From the NCBI GenBank assembly GCA_964016885.1, contig OZ024742.1, positions 211,792,001 through 211,856,000 of the forward strand: a stretch of 64,000 nt of DNA, given 5' to 3'. The position numbers and the translations under genes are program-made. Numbering within the stretch: the first letter of the stretch is position 1; every line of letters starts with the position of its first letter. The stretch comes from Eledone cirrhosa (taxonomy: Eukaryota). The notes under the pieces were generated by a model that did no database searches, had not been told where the DNA came from, and saw only the letters and a program-made list of their open reading frames with translations. Shown here one piece after another: positions 18,540 through 29,623 of this stretch.

Positions 18540-19535
18540 TTTATCTAGCTGTGCTATACAAGCATTGTTACAAACAACAGTAAAATGCAACATTTTGAGT
18601 TTAAATTTTATACACTAAGCATTATTTGTTTGCAAAAAGACTTCAATTTAGGGACACGAATAATGCCCTACCCCCAGCCGCTTATTAATTTTTCAGAGCC
18701 CCCCTATTAAATTTTGCTAATCTATCTCCAGCGAAATTTTATGCGGTAGCATTCCTGCGACAATTAATTTTCTTTATACATTTAAAACATTATACATGAC
18801 AAAAAAGTAAATTACTAGAAATCCCATATATATGGGGTTTTTTTAAATCGACGGAGACAACCTGGAAAATTTACCGATTTCTCCCTCCCCTTGCTTATCC
18901 CCCCCCCCTACACACACACCTATTATTTGGGACCTGAGTGTAGTTGTAAGACTGCCACGGAAAAAATATCCAGGATCATCTGCAATTTTATAGGGATCAT
19001 AAACATTGAACTAAGACAGTTTGGCTTAACCCTTTAGCATTTACTTTATTGTATTTCCATGGTAAACACTTCATCTCACATAATATCGAATCTATGATTT
19101 TAATATTACTTATTTTGAGAACAATACCTTAACATAAGTATGAGTGGCTAGTTACAGCCGGTTTGAATAGAAAGAGGTGAAAGAATTCTGGCTGGATATG
19201 ACCGGTTTAAATGTTAATAAATTATGATAGGTTTAATGACGAAACATCCATTAAGCAATATTCAATATGCGTCTAAAGAAAGGAAGTACACATTGGCTAA
19301 TATAGTCCTCATTACACAACTTTGAAAGAAAAGACGGCACGGTCACATCTGCGACTATTTTGATCATAGGTGTTCTCTATTAGGGCTGACTTAGGACAAA
19401 ACAATAGCAACCAAGAGTCAGACGAATAAATATACGGTTTCCTCTGTTCCTCATAAAAATAGAACCAGAAACCTACACTGATTTATTATGTAGATTCGAA
19501 ACTTGCAGAGAACGGTAAATGGTTTGTAATTTAAG

Positions 19536-19645
19536 ATAATTGTTTCTACTTTAGGCATAAGGCCAGCAATTACCCAGCACATTACTGGTACTTTATTTTA
19601 TCGACCCCATAAGGATGAAAGGCAAAGTTATTAACCTCGGCGGGA
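19536..19645 (-). mobile_element. Truncated tRNA-derived SINE
   Basis: Core ttttatcgaccccataaggatgaaaggcaaag is shared with many copies in the window. Confidence 0.85.
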
Positions 19646-20011
19646 AGATAATAGTGAGAGATGAGGAGAGCGGGGGAGACGGAGGCAGTGACAGTAGGAG
19701 TTTGGTTCCTTTGTGTTTGGACCTGGTATCTATATGTATATGTTCACGGACATTTTTTACTTTATAGTCCAACACTTAGTGGTCTTATAGTCCACTTCTT
19801 AGTGGGGAAGTCGATTATATTGACTCTAGTACTTGACTGGAACTTTATTTTATCGAGCTCGAAAAGATGAAAGTATGGAACGGTAAATGAAATGAAATTA
19901 TGAGAATACTTTCACAATGTATGTTACGAACGAATTCAAAATCTAAACCAGAGAATAGTATCGACTTTTCTATTCAGTCACTAGGTAAATAATCTTTTTA
20001 AAAGGTGTAGA

Positions 20012-20150
20012 CAGTGTCGGATTTACCATTGTGGTTAGGTGTGTTTTAAGCACAGGGCCCTGTTGGCCATGGAGGCATCTTCCCGCAAACATTTTTTTAA
20101 CTCCTTCAGGGCCCAAATAAAGGGCCTCATTTGTCCTAAACCGGGCACTG
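20012..20150. mobile_element. hAT-type MITE
   Basis: TIR cagtgtcggattta/taaaccgggcactg; 8-bp TSD ggtgtaga/ggtgtagt. Related copy at 24018-24168. Confidence 0.75.
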
Positions 20151-20844
20151 GGTGTAGTCTCAAGCACAGTTGAATTGGTCGTAAACTGAAAGGCGTTGAT
20201 TAATTATATAAAGGTATTTGGTTTGGTACTTCGTGTTCAAATCATGCTGGGACAGACTTCATCTTCCATCCTTACTCTACACCCATATTTTATAAAATAC
20301 GTGCAGGCTGACAATCCTGTATCCAAAATAATTGGGACCGGAATAATTGTATATTTTCATCTGTAAAATCTTTTATGCCATGTTTTTCTATTTTCATTAA
20401 TTTCTGTTCATCATTTTCAGTGAGGATCTTCAATAATTTTCCCGTTTACATAAGGACGTATATAATGGTATGTTCTAACGTCAAATTTCTCACACATCCA
20501 CCATTGTCGAACGTTTCTAACTTCACTTCTGTGGAATCGATAATCATAAACGCTTCTTTTTCTTTTCATTACTAGCCATAGAGATATCAGTAGACAAAAA
20601 GTAAACGGAAACAGCAAAGCAAACAGCACAGTACAATGAAGAAATATATTAGTTTAACGCTTGATATAGTAGAAAAAGGGTCTTTACATTTCAGACACAA
20701 GCCCTTTATCAGAAGATAGAATGAGAAATAAAAGATGAAATAGAAATATAGAGAATGAGGAACGGAAACAGTTGGTCTTATAAACAGTTTCAGCAGAGAG
20801 TATAGCACAAAACACGTAGTGAATAGTTGTTTCTTCACATGTAA

Positions 20845-21220
20845 ATAATTGTTTCTACTTTTGGCACAAGGCCAGCAATTATCCCAGTGCATTACTGGTA
20901 CTTTATTTTATCGACCCCGGAAGGATGAAAGGCAAAGTCAACCTCGGCGGGATTTGAACTCAGATCGTAAAGGGACGTAACTATGCTGGAAAACATGTCC
21001 GACCCTCTAACGATACTGCTAATTCACCGCCCTTGTAAATAATTGTTTCTACTTTTGGCACAAGGCCAGCAATTATCCCAGTGCATTACTGGTACTTTAT
21101 TTTATCGACCCCGTAAGGATGAAAGGCAGAGTTAACCTCGGCGGGATTTGAACTCAGAATGGCAAGGGCCGTAACTCTATGCGTCAAAGCATGGCGTCCG
21201 ACCCTCTACCGATACTGCCA
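20845..21220 (-). mobile_element. Two tandem tRNA-derived SINEs
   Basis: Copies at 20845-21033 and 21038-21220 with B-box-like gagttcaaatccc on the minus strand and the shared core. Confidence 0.9.
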
Positions 21221-21227
21221 AAATGCC

Positions 21228-21781
21228 CCTTGAGTCGGGTTTTTCCAGACCCTTAAGTTGGCACAAGTTTATTGTCAACAGCTGTCATGACAACACCATT
21301 CGATACTCAGGTGGATTGTCAGTATCGGTAGAGCGTCGGACACCATGCTTTGCAGCATAGAGTTGCGGTCCCTTACCGTCCGAGTTCAAATCCCGCCGAG
21401 GTTAGCTTTGCCTTTCATCCTTACGAGGTCGACAAAATAATATACCAGTAATGCACTGAGGTCGATTTAATCGACTTTCTCCTCCCCCCCAAATTGCTGG
21501 CCTTGTGCCTAAATCAGAGACTATTAACGATTAAATCGATCTCACTGCATTACTGGTACATTATTTTGTTGACCTCGTACGGATGAAAGGCAAAGCTAAC
21601 CTCGGCGGGAATTGGACTCGGACGTAAAGGGTTGTAAAGGGTCGTAACTATGCTGCAAAGCATGGTGTCCGACGCTCTACTGATTCTGCTAATCCACCTG
21701 AGTATCGAATGGTGTTGTCATGACAGCTGTTGACAATAAACTTGTGCCAACTTAACGGGTCTGGAAAAACCCAACTCAAGG
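21228..21781. repeat. Inverted duplication (arms 21228-21473 / 21528-21781) of a SINE plus flank
   Basis: The arms are reverse complements, including ~80 bp of non-SINE sequence. Confidence 0.9.
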
Positions 21782-22620
21782 AGCATTAGATCACTCCCAA
21801 AACTGACAGTTTGGTACCTGCCCCACAACAGCTGTATATCACCCTGGAATTTCCCATATGCTTTCTGGAACTTTCCTTTTGTGGTGCTTCTCTCACTCAA
21901 ACATTTTTCGGTGTTTGGAAGTTTTCGAATAGAGTATTCTCAATCTCTAGCAGTTAAACCTAGTCACAGAGACATATACTACTTCTACTGCTGTCAAACA
22001 CCGCAGAAGGAGTCTGATCGTTCTAGTTCAGGGGGCAACAATGCTAGCGCCTTCTCCATTCTGTCCGCCGGGGCTGTGGGGCGGCGAGCACGTGGGGCCC
22101 CATTTGCTCACTATACAGAGAGATGGGGGCGATGTTTGGACCCATTTCACCTGTCAAGAGTGTATTTTCATACTTGTGACGAACATTGTGAATTCCTATG
22201 TATGCATATGTAAGTGTACACGTATATATTACCATATGCTAGCGTGTGCGTGTATGTGTACACATATATTCGTGATTACATGTCTGTGTGTGTTAATGTT
22301 CCATATATCTTAACCATCACCGCCATATCCAGTCGCGACAAAACCACGTTCTCTTCGCCGACATTATTTCTATATTAATTTTCCATTGAGCAGATTCCTG
22401 TTTCTCTCCTTGCTCGCGTTTTTTTCCCTTACGATATTGGACCGCAGATGTTCATGTAGTGTAGGACATCAGTCTGGGGGTGAGGCCTGCAATGGTTATA
22501 AGAACTGCTCCACCTACCTTCCCTGACTTACTTATAACAAAAATATTTCAATAGATTGAATAGAATATAGAAGAAGCGAATTAGCAGAGTCGTTAGAACG
22601 TTGGATCGAATGCTTTATGG

Positions 22621-22785
22621 CAGGGTTTGCCAAACCTTTTCAAACGTGGAATCCTTTTTGGTTCAGAAACTTTTGGAGGAACCCCAAAGTCTAATACTGC
22701 TTTATGCTTGTAATATCAATATACTTCTACCTTTTTACACGGAACCCCAGACACTCCTTTGCGGAACCCACTTTGGGAATCACTG
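22621..22785. mobile_element. hAT MITE nested in a SINE (~22575-22900, +)
   Basis: Ends cagggtttgccaaa/tttgggaatcactg; perfect 8-bp TSD ctttatgg. Confidence 0.85.
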
Positions 22786-24017
22786 CTTTATGGTATTCTT
22801 TCTGGCTTTTTGCTCTCTGAATTCAAATCCCAGCGAGGTCAACTTTGCTTTTCATTCTTTTTAGGTCGATAAAAAAAAACCCACTCCAGTACTGGGGTTG
22901 ATTCCTTCTCTATATCTCTTTTTCACTTCCTCTCTGTCACTCTCTTTTTCTGTAAGAAAAATCGGCTGTGTTCAGCGCTGGGGAGGAGCCGGGTTCTGCC
23001 AGTTTTTAAAATACCGAAGAAACGCGCTATGCCACTACGGTGCTCCTATTGCTCCATCAGGCGTTACGGGTCAAAGAAAGAAGAGAATTGAATACATCAA
23101 CTCCCTACTATCTTTATAAAATGAGCCACCATGAGAATTGGTGAGAAAAATCTTTACTAAATTGACAACTCGATTCACTCTAAACAGACAGCAGACCTTG
23201 AAAAACGCCAGAGCCAAAACTACACTCCTGCCTATATTTATTTGTTTATTTATTTGTTAATATAAAGAGTGAAGTGTTCATGCACGGAGATGCTATAGCT
23301 AATAACTTAGGGTGAAGACCCTTAAAGGCAGAAAAAGAAGTTGCTCTAGGCCGCTTGCCAAATACCATGTATCTAATACTACATTGTCTAATGCAATGAT
23401 AGAAATCTTCACTAAAGTGATAACGCAATTCACTCTAATTGAAGAGACTTATGATGAAAGGCCTTCCAGACGTGACCGACCCCGCATTTTTGTATATCTA
23501 GGACCAGATAGTCCAGTATGTCTTTCTTTTTCTTTGAAAGTGACCTTGCAGAGATGCTCTAGCTGGGTTGTATATGCAAGGTTGAAATTATAAGAATCAT
23601 AAAAGAAACTGGGAGAGACAAGGAGGGATAAGAAGGAGTAGGGGGTGCCAGATTGTCCAACACCAGCTAAAATATCGCTGGTAATCTGAAATAGTTTAAG
23701 ATGAGAGGAAATATCTAAATATGTGTAATGTTCCCATTAGCTAACTCAATTGAACTACCTTAGGCTGTAGATTCACCACAAAAGATTTTATCATCTATGA
23801 TTACAATTAGTAATTAATCCAGTAAAATATAATTGCAATTATAACAATGGAAAGTGTTAATCTTGGCTACTTTGTATGTATACACATATACATACACACG
23901 CACACAAACACTTACATATTCAAACATACACACTCATACACTTACACAAACACACACAAACAGACACACACACAAACAAACAAACAAACAGATTCAAAAC
24001 ACATATATACAAGGTAC

Positions 24018-24168
24018 CAGTGTCGGATTTAGGACAAATGAAGCCCTGTGCTAGTTAAGTTATGAGGTCCCTTTGAACGTTTGACATTTGAAAAACATTT
24101 GAAACATTTTTTTAGCAGGAAGATGGACCTCAGGAGCACACCTTAGCACACTGGTAAATCTGGCACTA
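24018..24168. mobile_element. hAT-type MITE
   Basis: TIR cagtgtcggattta/taaatctggcacta; TSD caaggtac/caaggtcc. Confidence 0.75.
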
Positions 24169-24208
24169 CAAGGTCCCTCGTTAAACTGTACTAATAGGAG
24201 GGAAAGTG

Positions 24209-24755
24209 GGTAAACCTTAAGTTTCACGTCGGAAATGAAATTTATTTTCATTTTCGCGTATTTATTTTCATTTTGTGTGTATTGAAACAAAAAAATAACA
24301 TATTGAAACGTTTATTGCACCATATAAATTGCTCCAATGCAGTTTATCATCTCGCCAAACTTGTTGGCACCAACTCTCTGCCACAAGGGTACCAACTCTC
24401 TGCCACAAGACAATTGACACTGTTTGCCACCAATCGCCGTCTCGCCAGCCACTGTAACACAGACAGATTGTCACCGTGTATCGCAGGTATAAGAGTAAGA
24501 AGTGTAATATTCTCATTAAAGATGTCCTTCTCTATTCTTTCCGCCGGGGCTGTGTGTGGGCCCCATCGCGTACCAGTACATTAGTTAAATACCATTCTTT
24601 CATCTGATATATCCCTATATGGTATTTGTATTTACTAACATAGTGTGAGCACGTAATCGTCCAACCATTTTTTGTATTCAGATAAACAACAATATTTTTT
24701 AATGAATCGAAAATGAAAATAAATTTCATTTCCGACGTGAAACTTACGGTTTACC
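24209..24755 (-). mobile_element. Merlin-type non-autonomous DNA transposon
   Basis: ~48-bp TIRs beginning GGTAA; perfect 9-bp TSD gggaaagtg; possible transposase N-terminal remnant LQWLARRRLVANSVNC. Confidence 0.78.
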
Positions 24756-25628
24756 GGGAAAGTGTCCGTTTTAGCCGACAGTCAGTCAACTGAATTTAGG
24801 GATATACCACACAATACGCTGAACATGATACACAGTAACAAAATTATAGGAAACATATAACTATATAAACATTTTTAGAACGCTGATAGAGGATGTTAGT
24901 TATATGGGTTGTTATGAATGTTATTATTTGTTTGTGTATTGTATCACAGAGAGTAACCGAAACAGTCCAATGGAATGTTGTGGCAAATATCATCATAAGG
25001 CATTACGACGTTTTTTGATATATGATTTATTTACAAAGATGAGGAGAAGTTGAGTTAGCTGTGATGACATGTCATAAGAAATGAAATAAAACAAATTGAG
25101 ATGCTGTAAAAGAATACGCAGACCTATGGCTAAAGTTAGAAGCCACAGCTGCGGTAATTGTTCGATAGCTACATTTTGGAAAGTTTGTTGAGCAAAATCA
25201 AGAGATGTTTACCTTCTGGTGACGAGATTCAAAGAGAGAGATTTTTGAAGCGAAGCGGAAATTTTTCCCTTTCGGGGGAAGTTGAAATACATTTTCCTAC
25301 GCCGATAGCGATTGGCTGAACTGAGCCAAACAACGCACAGAGAATGTATTCAAGAGCCATCAGAATGTAGGTCACTACACATTTTACCTGCAGATCTTTG
25401 TTCTCCATACTGACATTTCCGCCCCCACCCCTCTCTCCTCGGCAGGATTTGAACTCAGAAGGCAAAGGGCTGTAACTTAACTACACACTCATTCCATCTA
25501 GTCACATAAACTCGATGTTTATACATCCATACTGGCATTAGATAAAAGCAAACGGTACCTACAATTTCAGTCCTATTTTTTTATCATCTCCAACAATCTA
25601 TGTTAAGCAACGACAAAGGGCAAAGATC

Positions 25629-27612
25629 TATAGCGAGGATACTGGGTTGTATGAATGTAACAAGGAGGCATGGTTTGTGTGTATAATATTTAATTAACAA
25701 TCATGGATATATATAGAACAGTATAGTTGACATGTCAAAGTAATAGATGATAGAATTTAGTAAAGTTAGTAGTTACCGTTTTGATTGCCAGGCAAACGCG
25801 AGACGCCTGGCGAGGCCAGGCGCCGGAAGGGCAAATGAGAGGGAGAGAGCCGAGAGCTATTCGTTTTATAGGGCTCTGCCGGAAGTTACAGAAAGGGTTC
25901 TACTTCCCGTCTAGATGTTAATCTATTGGGGCTGTGAGTCACAACAAGGGAGGCCACTGCTACATAACCTCCCGCCAGAATTTTAGAATATAAAAATCGA
26001 ATGAAATATGTAGCAAGTTGGCGAGAATGTTGTAACAGGCATGAAAATTACGACAAAAGAATGTTTGCAAAAATCAATGATAGATGTCAAGGTAGCCAAC
26101 CGCTCTTGGCCAGAGAACGACTGGACATCTATCTATCCATCACCCAAAGATACAATGTAATAAAGTAAGAGAAGAGCTCAAAGTTCAAATGTACAAAATA
26201 TAGTTCACAGGTGTGCAATCACATGACAGCAGGAAAGAAAGTGTGTTCCAGAGAATGAATGCAGGTGGTTTCTGTTCTGTGGTATATCGTGAAATTTCCA
26301 ACCTCCGAATGGATTTTCTCACAGGAAGAGTGCTGCAAAAATAAATTCTCTGGCTTGTTCTGCTGGTTTTGGTTGTTGGTAAAGTTGTGTTGCTGTGGAT
26401 GTTGTCTCGCGGAGTGAGCGTATTCGGTGTTTAAATTCACAGTAAAAAAATTTTTTTAAGAAAAAATGAGTTGCGCAAAGTGCTAGAAATAACAGCCGAA
26501 GTTGATGGTCGATGTTGAGAATGCGTTGACCTGGAAGGGTCAAGAGGCCAGCGACCAAAGAAATAAGCATTCTGAATAAATGCGCAGTTTTCAACGGCAA
26601 ATTTACGTGGTAAATTTTTAAACCGGCAAATAGGAGAATATAGCTTAAGGCTGAAGAATCCTTGGCGAGAAACGTTATCTCTGGCGTGCGGCTATCTCTG
26701 TGAGTCGAGATATCTCTGTGAGTCGAGAATTTGTGCTGCCCACACGTGCCAACACAAGGTTAAGCTAGGTTGAAAAAATTATATTTCTAACGCGCGAGAA
26801 AATGATAGTACAAGTGTGAAAGTGACAATGATGAAAAAGAAAGGCTTCACTTAGCATAATTATTGGTGTGAACTTTGGAAAAAAAAACTTGAACGATGAA
26901 GAAAACGATGAAAAAAAAGGCAATGGTTCATCGAAAATAAATGTTCCTGTTGAAATGTTTTTTAAAGAATATCAAATTTCTTTTTTTTTTTTTTTTTTTG
27001 AAAGTGTTCGTTGTAAGAAACGAGAAACATATATATATATCGTGAAATGCGACAGTTAGTTGATGCGAGAGAGAAAAAGTCTGTCTGTGCGAAAATTTCA
27101 CATGTGCGTGGTGTGTTCGTTTCTTTTACTGAGTATTTTCATAGTTTGTCAATAAATTTGCTGTGTATTCGTAATGTTACTCACACAACTCCAGAATCTG
27201 CTATTTTTTCTTTTTTCGGGGTGACCACTTATAGCGATGAACGGCTGCGTGTTCGTATCACGTCAGGGTTACCAATATAGCGAGGATATTGGGTTGTATG
27301 AATGTAACAAGGAGGCATGGTTTGTGTGTATAATATTTAATTAACAATCATGGATATATATAGAACAGTATAGTTGACATGTCAAAGTAATAGATGATAG
27401 AATTTAGCAAAGTTAGTAGTTACCGTTTTGATTGCCAGGCAAACGCGAGACGCCTGGCGAAGGCCAGGCGCCGGAAGGGCAAATGAGAGGGAGAGAGCCG
27501 AGAGCTATTCGTTTTATAGGGCTCTGCCGGAAGTTACAGAAAGGGTTCTACTTCCCGTCTAGATGTTAATCTATTGGGGTTGTGAGTCACAACAAGGGAG
27601 GCCACTGCTACA
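25629..27612 (-). mobile_element. Non-autonomous LTR retrotransposon (Gypsy-type); LTRs 25629-25964 and 27276-27612
   Basis: ~336-bp direct repeats with about 4 differences; 4-bp TSD gatc; tRNA-Trp PBS at 27257-27274; purine-rich tract ggcgggagg next to the 3' LTR; no recognisable pol ORF. Confidence 0.92.
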
Positions 27613-28342
27613 GATCTGTAGAAAATTACAACCCTCCAACGTGGAATAAACTAACGATAGTCAATAAAAAGAAAGAGAAAATTCAGACGTCAAGATATTT
27701 GAACACTTTTCTCGGAATATTTTCCATGTCTACGATATCTTGCACAGTTGAAATGTAAACGGATTAGAAAGAAAGAAAAAAACCAAAAAAAACCAACGCG
27801 TATTGCTTCCCACACGGATATACATATATATATGTGTGTGTGTATATGACATACCAACACACATATGTACGTGGGCATACATGTATGTATATATATATGT
27901 ATGTGGTATGCTAATATTATTCCATTAATTGTGGCAAGCATACCCATTTACAGACCTTTTTATCCCATTGCAATGAGAGCCGTACAGAGCTGTTATACTA
28001 GTATTAAACAGTATAGTTCGCCATTCGAAATCCAACACGCGAAGTCCAGAAAGATGATGAATCTGATGACATTGATGAAGGAAATTTGCTTGCATCAGAT
28101 ACCAATCCTCTTGAGTTAATGAATGTTTATCTTAAACATTTGCCACGCTGCTTCATCAGTTCGAACACATTCCTAAATCCACCAGACTCTATCCATATCC
28201 ACATTGATGATTTTACGCTTGGATTATCTGATTACTCAATAGTCAAACATTCGTGGCATTAATTCACAGTTTAATCCATGATGCTGGGAAGCAGTATGTG
28301 CTGTTATGATGGAACACATCCTAGAATGGAAATATAACCTCA

Positions 28343-28527
28343 AATAATTGTTTCTACTTTTGGCACAAGGCCAGCAATTATCCAGTTCATTACTGGTACT
28401 TTATTTCATCAACCCCGTGAGGATGAAAGGCAAAGTTAACCTCGACGGGATTTGAACTCAGACCGTAAAGGGACGTAACTATGCTGGAAAGCATGGCGTC
28501 CGACCCTCTACCGATACTGCCAATTCA
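28343..28527 (-). mobile_element. tRNA-derived SINE
   Basis: Same family as 20845-21220. Confidence 0.9.
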
Positions 28528-29048
28528 ACAATAAATGCTATTAACCATCGATAGGAACCTCACAAATTTAACGCACCGAAACATACGAGAAGAGCGAGAG
28601 AAAGAAATAACAACAAATGGAAACATAAATCCAAACCAAACCAAACCGACCACCAATTTACTGCCAAATGATTTGAATCAGATTAGACAGAGAGAAAGAA
28701 AAAAGAGAATATATTTATTTGACGTTGTGCTGCCAAATGATGCCGAAAGCCACTGACCTGCATCTTCGGTCAAGAAGGCCATTGGAGCGTCACTGACAGA
28801 GGCTGATACAGCAGCAAGCTTGGTAGCCGTTATAGGCAGCACCAACATTTGTTCCTACCATTAACAAGAGGAAGGCAACGACAGCAATAGTGACATTAAG
28901 AACAACACATATGTGTATACATCAACATCTTACCAGCAATCACTACCACTACCATTAACAAGAGGAAGCCAACTCCAGCATCTGTGACAATAACAATGCA
29001 TATGTTTTCAGGATTGAATGACTCACCTTCAGCCATAAGGTTTTAGAA

Positions 29049-29430
29049 TGTTAGTATCAGTGTATATATATTATTAAGAATGACAATAAATGCAGGTGAG
29101 TGTTGTGACATGGTTTTACTTCACAGAAGTCAAATAAATTAATAGAAATAATGTTTACCACATGTTGATGGTCAGTTGGTCACAACTCCCAGACTGGAGC
29201 GTGTAGAGAAGAGCAGAAATCTTCTCTTGGTAAGGTTCAAGTGGTCCTTTCGGCTGCCGGCGCAGGAAGTGAGTTAATGCCCTGATGTTCTTAAATATAT
29301 AGTCCCCAGGGGGACGCAATTCCATTTAGTACATTGGGAGTCGCGACCGTCACAAAGGGACGCAACTCCTATACGTGCTGAGTTACAGCCGTAAGGGGCC
29401 GCTACAAGGTCCTATGAGAAACTGCTAACA
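29049..29430. mobile_element. Possible solo LTR
   Basis: tgttag...ctaaca termini and a TATA-like motif; no TSD found. Confidence 0.35.
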
Positions 29431-29623
29431 TGCTCGCATGTGTGCGTGCTGAACTCTGGGTCTTTCAGCTGGGAACAACCCCCCCCCCTGGTTTTTTTTT
29501 TTTACATTCATCCATTCATTCATTCATTCATTCATTTGCTAACATTCTACCTTCTTGTGTGTCCCCCTCTATGCACCCTTTTCTTTTTTCTCTTGTCTTC
29601 TGATGCCTCTATAAATAATGTAG

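Noticed and set aside
20417-20650. Minus-strand hydrophobic helix + KRKR resembling the last exon of a membrane protein
   Set aside because: In-frame stop just upstream and no compatible acceptor found; unsupported without transcripts.
27243-27274. Stand-alone tRNA-Trp gene
   Set aside because: Only the 3' ~32 nt, with encoded CCA, adjacent to an LTR; treated as primer-derived.
27990-28322. Minus-strand exon-like segment faintly resembling a ricin-B/lectin repeat
   Set aside because: All three frames contain stops after the candidate acceptor, and the similarity is too weak.
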